This document shows, piece after piece, positions 57,035 through 64,000 of a DNA stretch of 64,000 nt. Under the pieces are notes generated by a model. It ran no database searches and was not told the origin of the DNA. It worked only from the letters and a program-made list of their open reading frames with translations. The translations under genes were made by a program, and so were the position numbers. The stretch's first letter is position 1; every line of letters starts with the position of its first letter. Source of the DNA: Isoptericola halotolerans (GTDB lineage: Bacteria; Actinomycetota; Actinomycetes; Actinomycetales; Cellulomonadaceae); contig NZ_JABEZU010000004.1 in the NCBI RefSeq assembly GCF_013149785.1, forward strand, positions 186,001 to 250,000. Direction: 5' to 3'.

Positions 57035-57990
57035 CAGGCGTCCCTCCTCTTGTTCCACACGAACTGGAAGATCGTCACGGTGAGGCAGATCGCGAACAGC
57101 GAGACGGCCACCGCGGACGAGTAGCCGTACTGGCTCTCGACGAAGCCCTTGTCGAAGATGTACTGGCTGAGCACGAGCGTCGACTGCCCCGGTCCGCCGT
57201 CCGTCATGACGAGGATCAGGTCGAAGATCTTGAAGCTGCCGATGGTCAGCAGCACGGTGACGAAGAAGGTGGTCGGCCGCAGGCAGGGCAGCGTGACGTT
57301 CCGGAACCGGCTCCAGGCGCCGGCGCCGTCGACGCGGGCCGCCTCGTAGAGCTCGCCGGGCACGGTCTGCAGGCCGGCGAGGAACAGCAGCATGTAGTAG
57401 CCCATGTCACGCCAGACGCTGACGATGATGACCGCGGGCATCGACCAGTCGGCCGACGTCGTCCACCCGGGGGGGTTCTGCACACCCAGTGCGCCGAGGA
57501 ACTGGTTGATCGGACCGAACTCGGGGCTGAACAGCATGTTCCACACGGCGGCGATCGCGACGATCGAGGTGATGTACGGCAGGAAGGCCACGGTGCGGAA
57601 GAACGCGACGCCCCGGAGCCGGCGGTTGAGCAGCAGGGCGAGCCCCAACGAGGAGACCAGGGTGAGCGGGATGTGGAACACCCCGTAGTACAGGGTGTTG
57701 AACAGCGCGGTGTGATAGCTGCCGTCCCCGAGCAGCCGCTGGAAGTTCTCCAGACCGACCCACTCGGCCGCGCCGAAGACGTTCCAGCTGGTGAATGACA
57801 GGTAGAACAGCGCGAGCACGGGGATGAGCGTCAGCAGCCCGAAGCCGAGGAAGTTCGGCAGGATGAAGCTCCAGCCGATGAGGGTGTTGCGCAGTGCGAG
57901 CCGGCTCCGCGACCGCCGCCGCGGTCGTGGCGGGGCGGGCACCGACGGGCCCGGCCCCCCGTGGGTCTGGTCGACAGCGGTCGTCGCCAT
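57034..57990 (-). CDS. Carbohydrate ABC permease
   Basis: LYEAARVDGAG; FKIFDLILVMTDGGP. Confidence 0.95.
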   Translation of the reverse strand: MATTAVDQTHGGPGPSVPAPPRPRRRSRSRLALRNTLIGWSFILPNFLGFGLLTLIPVLALFYLSFTSWNVFGAAEWVGLENFQRLLGDGSYHTALFNTLYYGVFHIPLTLVSSLGLALLLNRRLRGVAFFRTVAFLPYITSIVAIAAVWNMLFSPEFGPINQFLGALGVQNPPGWTTSADWSMPAVIIVSVWRDMGYYMLLFLAGLQTVPGELYEAARVDGAGAWSRFRNVTLPCLRPTTFFVTVLLTIGSFKIFDLILVMTDGGPGQSTLVLSQYIFDKGFVESQYGYSSAVAVSLFAICLTVTIFQFVWNKRRDA

Positions 57991-58036
57991 GGTCACTCCT
58001 GTCTGGTCGCGAGTCGGCGGGTGCCGCCTCCCCGGA

Positions 58037-58122
58037 GCAGCGGGGCCCTCGCGGGGCCCCGCTGCGACGTCGGGATGGTCAGCCTGTGCTGTCTCAGCCG
58101 GTGCCGTACCGGCTGAGACAGC
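58037..58122. terminator. Two strong intercistronic hairpins after the SBP gene
   Basis: 12-bp stem 58037-58065; 15-bp stem 58088-58122. Confidence 0.7.
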
Positions 58123-58181
58123 GGTTCCACTCCGGACGAGTGCCTCGTTCCTCGGCCCTCACCCGGTGCTTCACCTTCGGC

Positions 58182-59507
58182 TCAGCCGATGCCGGCCTCG
58201 TTGGCGGCGCGGTCGGACGCCTCGGCGAGCGCGTCCTCGATCGAGTCGGACTCGGACATGATCGCCGAGTGCGCGTCGCCCAGGATGTTCTGCACGACGG
58301 CGGTGGTCTCGGAGACCGGGTTCTCCGGCCGGGTGTCGTGGGTCGAGAAGGCGAACGCCGACAGGTCGTCGGTCGGGACGCCGTCGAGGGCGAAGTAGGT
58401 GTCCACCACGGTGTCGCTGAGCAGGGCCGGCGTGATGCCGATGCCGGCCAGCGCGTCGGCGCCACCCTCACCGGCGGCGAAGGAGAGGAACTCCTTGGCG
58501 GCGGAGATCTTGTCCTCGTCGATCGCCGGGTTGATGCCCAGGCCGGTCGGGTCGCCGAACGTCACCGGCGTGGCGTCGGTGCCGGTGGTGGAGGCGTCGG
58601 CCTGCGGGATCGGCGCCATGCCCCACTCGAACTCGTCGGCCTCGCCGGACTCCTGCTGGGCGATGAGCGTCGCGACGTACCAGGAACCCATGGGAAGCAT
58701 CGCCGCCTCCTGGGTGCCGAACTGCGCCTGGTAGCTCAGCGAGTTGGTGGTGACGGTGCCGAAGGACTCCTGGGCGCCGGACTCCTGCAGGTCGAGGGAG
58801 CGCTCGTAGTACGGGGCCAGCCAGGAGTAGTCGCCGGTGTCGAGGGCGGCGCCCTCGGACTGGGCGAGGGCGAAGCCCTGCACCACGGACTGCCACGAGT
58901 GCTGGTAGGTGCCCTTGGCGTCGAGCTCGTCGGACAGCTCCTTGGCGGTGTCGACGTAGTCGTCCCAGGTCCAGGAGCCGTCGGGCTCGTCGATGCCGGC
59001 CTCGGCGAACAGGTCCTTGTTGTAGAACAGCAGCCAGGCGTCCTGGCGGTACGGCACGGCGTAGGAGGCGCCGTCCATCTCGTAGAAGTCGACGCCGCCC
59101 GTCGCGGGGTCGAGGCCGGCGGCGACGTCGGAGACGTCGAGGAGCTGCTGGCCGTCCGCGTAGGTGTAGAAGTTCCTGAGGTTCTTCTGCACGTAGATGT
59201 CGGGAGCGGTGCCGCCGGCGAGGTCGGCGATCATCTGGGTGTCGTAGTCGTCGCCCGCGCTGTACTCGGCGAGCTCGACGGTCACGTTCGGGTGCTCCTC
59301 GTTGAACGCGTCCGCCAGCGCCTGGAACTCGGGCGTGGTGGACAGGCTCCACCCGGCGAGGCTGAGGGTGACGGGCTCGTCGCCCATCTCCTCGGTGGTG
59401 CCCCCGTCACCGGTGGACGGGGTCTCGTCGGTCGTGTCGCCGCCGCACGCGGTGAGCGTGAGGGCGAGGGCGGCGGCCAGGCCGACCGCGGGGATCGTGC
59501 GCTTCAT
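58182..59507 (-). CDS. Sugar ABC substrate-binding lipoprotein
   Basis: LTLTAC lipobox; APDI, YAVPYRQD..FYNKDLF, WTWDDY; AAGGAG RBS. Confidence 0.92.
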   Translation of the reverse strand: MKRTIPAVGLAAALALTLTACGGDTTDETPSTGDGGTTEEMGDEPVTLSLAGWSLSTTPEFQALADAFNEEHPNVTVELAEYSAGDDYDTQMIADLAGGTAPDIYVQKNLRNFYTYADGQQLLDVSDVAAGLDPATGGVDFYEMDGASYAVPYRQDAWLLFYNKDLFAEAGIDEPDGSWTWDDYVDTAKELSDELDAKGTYQHSWQSVVQGFALAQSEGAALDTGDYSWLAPYYERSLDLQESGAQESFGTVTTNSLSYQAQFGTQEAAMLPMGSWYVATLIAQQESGEADEFEWGMAPIPQADASTTGTDATPVTFGDPTGLGINPAIDEDKISAAKEFLSFAAGEGGADALAGIGITPALLSDTVVDTYFALDGVPTDDLSAFAFSTHDTRPENPVSETTAVVQNILGDAHSAIMSESDSIEDALAEASDRAANEAGIG

Positions 59508-59591
59508 GGGTGCTCTCCTTCGAGTTCGCCCGTCCCGTCGTCGGGTGCGGGCCATGGTTTGTCAGGCGCGTCGGATCAGAGGTGTCGGTCG

Positions 59592-61451
59592 TCAGCCCAG
59601 GTGTGTCCGGGTGGTGAGGGCGTCGGGCCAGGTCACGACGGCGGTGTCACCGTCGATCGTGCAGGTGGCGGGCTGCTGCTCCCGAGCGTCACCGCGCAGC
59701 GTCACCAGCACGGCGACCCACGTTCCGGGGACGACGGGGCCGTCGAGCACGGGCACGGTGGAACGCTCGCCGAGCGGGCTCGCCCCGTGCCGCTCGACAC
59801 GGGCCCCGGTCCAGTCCCCGACCAGCGGGTCGAGCCCGGAGACCAGCCCGTCGCCGTCGACGGTGGGCCAGCCGGAGACGCGCAGGGCGACCGGGGTGGC
59901 GCCGTCGTCGGCCACGTCCTCGACGCGCACGCACCGCACCTCCCACGGGCCGCGGACCAGCGAGACGGTGGTGATCGTTCCCGCCGAGGTGGTGGTGCCG
60001 TGCCGGCCGGAGCCGTGGTCACGCTGGCCGGGCTCCGGGTCGAGCCAGCGGGCCGTGGCCCGCGAGGCCGCCACGGCCACGCCGTCGCGCACCTCGGGAG
60101 CGCGCAGCACCTCGAACCCGGCGCGGTGGCTGGCCCGGCCGGCGGCGTCGAGGAGCGCCACCGACTGCTCGACGGGCGAGTCCCAGCTCTCCTCGTCGAG
60201 CCACGGGCTGGTGGCGGTCGAGTACCCGAGGCGCGCGTACAACGGTGAGTCCCCGACCTCGGCACCGGGCAGCGCGTGGTCGGTGCCGTGGTTGACCACG
60301 CGGACGACGCCGTCGGCCCGGGTACCGCTGACGATCCAACCGGGTGCCGCGACGGTGCGCAGCACGTCCCCGGTCTGGACGGGCAGCGGCTCGGCAGGCG
60401 CGGTCCACACGGGGTGCTCGGCGGGCAGCGCGAGGCCGAGCATCCCCTTGCTGGCCCAGTAGGGCGAGCCGGTGCCGGAGTAGGCCTGGGCGATGCGCGG
60501 CCAGGCGTGGTGCCAGCCCATGGTGAGCAGGCCGTCGTCGTCGGGAGCACCGCGCTCCGCGAAGTGACCGACGACGGCGCTCGCGGCGTGGCGCAGCCGG
60601 CCCGGTGAGTGCGAGGGGACCTCGGCCATCGCGCCGACCCAGAAGGGCGCGGCGGCGGCGAAGCGGTAGGCGAGCGAGCGACCCTGGACCAGCGGGGAGC
60701 CGTCGCCGCCGACCAGCGCGAGCGCGTCGGTGAGGAAGCGGTCGAGCTGGGCGACGTCGTGCTCGCGTCGCGGTGCGGCCAGGTCCTGGGCGCCGGCCAT
60801 GCGCGCCCAGAGCGTCGGGTAGAGGTGCAGCGCCCAGCCGTTGTAGTGGTCGAACGACCGCTCCGCGCCGTCGGCGAGCCAGCCGTCGGCGCGGGCGAAG
60901 GTGTCGTGGGTGGCCAGGTCCTCGCGCATCTCGTCGAGGGAGTGCGGGCCGCCGACGCCGCGCAGGAAGGTCTGCACGACGAGGCGGAACCAGACCCAGT
61001 TGATGCGGGGGTAGGTGTCGTCCCCGACGGCCTCGGCGAGGTAGTCGACCACCTGCTCCTGGACGCGCGGGTCGAGCCGGTCCCAGACCCACGGGCGGGT
61101 CAGGTCGAGGATCAGCGCGATCGAGGCAGCCTCGACCTTGGCCTGCGCGTGCTCGGAGAGCCGCTGCCAGCGCTCCGGGGAGGCCGGGTCGGTGCCGGTG
61201 GCCAGCCCGGCGGCGAATCGTTCGGCGTACCCGTGCGGGTCCTCGCCGTCGTCCCCGGCGAGGCGGAATCCGGCGAGCAGGAAGGTGCGCGCGAAGCCCT
61301 CGAGGCCGTCGATCGCGCGGCCGTAGCCGCCCTCGGCACCGGGAAGGGTGACGAGGGACCCGCCGGGCGAGGTGAAGGGGGCGACGGCGGCGAGCATCCG
61401 GTCGGCGTGTGCCGCCCAGGCCCCGCGATCCCAGCTCGCTGGCTCCGGCAT
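59592..61451 (-). CDS. DUF2264-family protein (GH154-like)
   Basis: DGLEGFARTF, QAKVEAA, NWVWF, GWLADG..FDHYNGWALH, QGRSLAYRFA, YSGTGSPYWASK. Confidence 0.82.
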   Translation of the reverse strand: MPEPASWDRGAWAAHADRMLAAVAPFTSPGGSLVTLPGAEGGYGRAIDGLEGFARTFLLAGFRLAGDDGEDPHGYAERFAAGLATGTDPASPERWQRLSEHAQAKVEAASIALILDLTRPWVWDRLDPRVQEQVVDYLAEAVGDDTYPRINWVWFRLVVQTFLRGVGGPHSLDEMREDLATHDTFARADGWLADGAERSFDHYNGWALHLYPTLWARMAGAQDLAAPRREHDVAQLDRFLTDALALVGGDGSPLVQGRSLAYRFAAAAPFWVGAMAEVPSHSPGRLRHAASAVVGHFAERGAPDDDGLLTMGWHHAWPRIAQAYSGTGSPYWASKGMLGLALPAEHPVWTAPAEPLPVQTGDVLRTVAAPGWIVSGTRADGVVRVVNHGTDHALPGAEVGDSPLYARLGYSTATSPWLDEESWDSPVEQSVALLDAAGRASHRAGFEVLRAPEVRDGVAVAASRATARWLDPEPGQRDHGSGRHGTTTSAGTITTVSLVRGPWEVRCVRVEDVADDGATPVALRVSGWPTVDGDGLVSGLDPLVGDWTGARVERHGASPLGERSTVPVLDGPVVPGTWVAVLVTLRGDAREQQPATCTIDGDTAVVTWPDALTTRTHLG

Positions 61452-61499
61452 GTCGTCCTTCCTCGTCGAATGCGTGGGCCGCCTCGTAGCGCCCCTGCC

Positions 61500-61600
61500 C
61501 GATCCACTTCGATCGAACACGTTCGAAGTAAATAGGTCATCTTCTGGCCATGTCAACCACGTTGCTGTACTGTGATGATCGTTTCCGATCGTTTGGATCG
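61500..61600. promoter_or_regulatory. AT-rich divergent promoter region with GATCG repeats
   Basis: GATCGTTT at 61577 and 61587, GATCG at 61596; TTCGATCGAA at 61508. Confidence 0.5.
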
Positions 61601-61624
61601 TGACGCAGATCTCGATGAGGAGAG

Positions 61625-63637
61625 ATGGGTACCGAGGAACGTTTCATCGGGCCGCTGGCGGCGGCCCTCGACCCCGTGGCCGGCACCGTGACGACGGCCG
61701 GCCTGCTGCGCGACCCCGGCGACGCCCTGCCCGTCGCCCCCGCGAACGACCGCAACGCCTGGGACCCGAGCGCCGGCGTCGCGCACGGTGCGACCGTCGA
61801 GGCCGTCGTGAGCCGGGCGCAGGCCGACCGCGGGTCCCCCTGGCCCCAGCCGCTGGCCAGCACCGCCGCCCGCGTGCACCACGACGGTGACCGGAACACG
61901 CACGAACAGCTCGTCTTCACCCGCCAGCACCGACTGTCCCGAGCCGTCCTCGCCGCAGCGACGACCCTCGACGACGCATGGGTCGACGAGGCCGCCGACG
62001 GGATCTGGCAGCTCTGCGAGCAGAGCTCGTGGTGCTGGCCCGCGCACGACGACACCCGCGCCCGCCACGGCTCCGTGCTGGCCACCGTCACCGACCCCTT
62101 CCTCGACCTCGGCGCCGGCGAGGTCGCCGCCCAGCTCGCCTGGGCCGACCACGTGCTCGCCGACCCGCTCGACGAGCGCTACCCCGGGCTGCGCCAGCGC
62201 GTCCGCCACGAGGTCCGGACCCGCGTCGTCGACCCGTTCCTGCGCCGCCGCGACTGGCACTGGCTCGGCCTCGACGGGCACGTGCACAACTGGAACCCGT
62301 GGATCCACGGCAACGTGCTCGTCGCCGGGCTCCGGCTGCTCGACGGCGCCGACGAGGCTGCCGACCGGGCCCGCGTCGTCGACCTCTGCGTCCAGGGCAT
62401 CGACCGCTACGTCGCCGCCCTGCCGGTCGACGGCGCGATCGACGAGGGGTACGGGTACTGGTGGAACGGCGCGTGCCGCGCCCTGGAGGCCCTCGACGTC
62501 CTACGGCACGCCACCGGCGGCGCCCTCGACGCCCTCGACCCCGCCGTCGTCCCGCCCGCCCTGCGCGAGACCGTCGCGTTCCCGCACCGCATGCACCTCG
62601 GTGGCGACTGGTACCTCAGCGTCGCCGACGCGCAGGCCCGCACCACCGCCGTCCAGCCCTGGCACGCCCTGCACCGCGCGGCCCGGGCGGTGGGGGACGA
62701 CGACGCCGCGGCCTACGCGGTCGCCCAGGCGGGCACGGGTGCGCCGTCCGTCCCGGGTGCGCTGTCCGGCACGGTCGCGCAGGAGGACGCGGGGCTGGGC
62801 CGCCTGCTGCGTTGCGTGACCGACACCCGCTGGCACGCCGCGCTCGACGCCGGCGCCACCGCCCCGCTCCCCCGGTCGTCCTGGTGGGCGTCCACCCAGG
62901 TGCTCGTCGTCCGTGAGCGCCCCGGGAGCGCCGACGGCCTGGCCCTGTCGGTCAAGGGCGGCCACAACGGCGAGGCCCACAACCACAACGACGTCGGCTC
63001 GGTGACGGTCGCCAGCGACGGCGTGCCCGTGGTGGTCGACGCGGGACGCCCCACCTACACGGCGCAGACGTTCGGCCCCGACCGGTACGACATCTGGACC
63101 ATGCAGTCCTCCTGGCACTGCGTGCCGGAGGTCGCCGGGACGGCGCAGGGTGTGGGGGAGGAGTTCCGGGCGCGCGACGTCGAGCTGCTCGACGACCCGG
63201 CCGGCGACCCGCACGGGCTGGCGATGGACCTCGCCGCCGCCTACCTGGTGCCCGGCCTGCGCCGGTGGCGCCGCAGCGCCCGCCTCGATCGGTCCGGCGA
63301 CGGCACGCGGGTCGTGATCGACGACGCCTGGGACCTCGGGGACACCGGCGCGCCGACGACGGTGCGGTTCCTGCTGGCGGGCGACGTCACGCTCGGTCCC
63401 GGTTCCGCGACCGTCAGGCCCCTGGACGGCGCCGCACCGGTCCGCCTGGAGTGGCCCGCGGGCGCCCGGGCCTCGCTGACCGTCCGGCCCCTCGACGACC
63501 CGCTGCTCAGCGACGTCTGGGGCGAACGCCTGACCCGGCTCGACCTCGACGTCTCGGACCGGCGCGAGGCGCGGGTGGTCATCACCCGCGAGCACGCCGC
63601 CCGGTCGACGACCACCTCGACGAAGGAGACCTTGTGA
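61625..63637 (+). CDS. Heparinase II/III-like polysaccharide lyase (PL33-like)
   Basis: WCWPAH, DLGAGE, HNWNPWI, DGAIDEGYGYW, KGGHNGEAHNHNDVGS, VDAGRPTY..TF..RY.IW.MQS; no signal peptide. Confidence 0.8.
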   Translation: MGTEERFIGPLAAALDPVAGTVTTAGLLRDPGDALPVAPANDRNAWDPSAGVAHGATVEAVVSRAQADRGSPWPQPLASTAARVHHDGDRNTHEQLVFTRQHRLSRAVLAAATTLDDAWVDEAADGIWQLCEQSSWCWPAHDDTRARHGSVLATVTDPFLDLGAGEVAAQLAWADHVLADPLDERYPGLRQRVRHEVRTRVVDPFLRRRDWHWLGLDGHVHNWNPWIHGNVLVAGLRLLDGADEAADRARVVDLCVQGIDRYVAALPVDGAIDEGYGYWWNGACRALEALDVLRHATGGALDALDPAVVPPALRETVAFPHRMHLGGDWYLSVADAQARTTAVQPWHALHRAARAVGDDDAAAYAVAQAGTGAPSVPGALSGTVAQEDAGLGRLLRCVTDTRWHAALDAGATAPLPRSSWWASTQVLVVRERPGSADGLALSVKGGHNGEAHNHNDVGSVTVASDGVPVVVDAGRPTYTAQTFGPDRYDIWTMQSSWHCVPEVAGTAQGVGEEFRARDVELLDDPAGDPHGLAMDLAAAYLVPGLRRWRRSARLDRSGDGTRVVIDDAWDLGDTGAPTTVRFLLAGDVTLGPGSATVRPLDGAAPVRLEWPAGARASLTVRPLDDPLLSDVWGERLTRLDLDVSDRREARVVITREHAARSTTTSTKETL

Positions 63638-64000
63638 GCACCGAGAGCCCGCGCTCGCCGCTGCCCGCCGAACGACGTTCCCACCTGCTGCGCGTCCTGG
63701 AGCGTGACGGGGTGGTCCGCGTCGCCGACCTGACGGCCGAGCTGGAGGTCACCGCGGTGACCGTCCGCCGGGACATCGCCCAGCTCGAGCAGGAAGGGCT
63801 GCTGACCAGGGTGCACGGCGGCGCCGTCCCGGCCGACCCTGCGCGCGGGCTCCAGGGCCACGCGTCGGCCGCACCGCACGACGCCGCCGAGGCGATCGGG
63901 GTGCTCGTCCCCTCCCTGGACTACTACTGGCCCGGCGTCGTGCGCGGCATGGAGGCCGAGGCACGCAAGCACGGCCTGCGGATCGTCCTGCGCGGGTCGT
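63634..64000 (+). CDS. DeoR-HTH / LacI-type sugar-binding hybrid regulator (partial)
   Basis: Manual translation from GTG 63634: ERRSHLL..VRVADL..VTAVTVRRDIAQLEQEGLLTRVHGGA, then IGVLVPSLDYYWPGVVRG; GTGA overlap with lyase. Confidence 0.85.
   Translation, partial: MSTESPRSPLPAERRSHLLRVLERDGVVRVADLTAELEVTAVTVRRDIAQLEQEGLLTRVHGGAVPADPARGLQGHASAAPHDAAEAIGVLVPSLDYYWPGVVRGMEAEARKHGLRIVLRGS

Overview
Very GC-rich actinobacterial chromosome segment (Micrococcales-like; inferred from composition and gene content). It holds about 58 credible protein genes. Most long ORFs in the supplied track are GC-driven shadow frames. I saw no rRNA, tRNA, CRISPR array, transposase, integrase or prophage. Left to right: partial TM0106-type RecB-like nuclease, Excalibur protein, AarF/ABC1 kinase, OmpR-type two-component pair, ECF sigma plus putative anti-sigma facing a secreted Cys-containing protein, polar amino-acid ABC transporter, MetP/MetS, alditol oxidase, AlkZ-like glycosylase, GH51 plus LacI, STAS, YbaK, M15 peptidase, pxpA/pxpBC, a LacI-GH36-ABC-GH39/CBM locus, two M20 amidohydrolases, hsp20 with a HAIR box, a FitAB/VapBC pair, a siderophore-interacting protein, epoxide hydrolase plus WYL regulator, EamA/TetR, hrpA, pspC, and a uronate-polysaccharide locus (kduI, kduD, GH88, ABC, DUF2264, heparinase II/III-like lyase, DeoR-LacI hybrid regulator). 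The most unusual signals are small structured repeats that insert without breaking translation. One is an 89-bp tandem unit forming a chain of ATGA-coupled 30-aa mini-ORFs inside the uronate operon (MIRU-like). The other is a 64-bp palindrome-bracketed element present twice, in opposite orientations and in frame, inside hrpA. Also notable: long loop-less palindromes beside orphan genes, a probable CUG start codon, and a shared operator/leaderless promoter layout at the AarF kinase and pspC genes. All family calls come from recognising motifs by eye; no searches were run.
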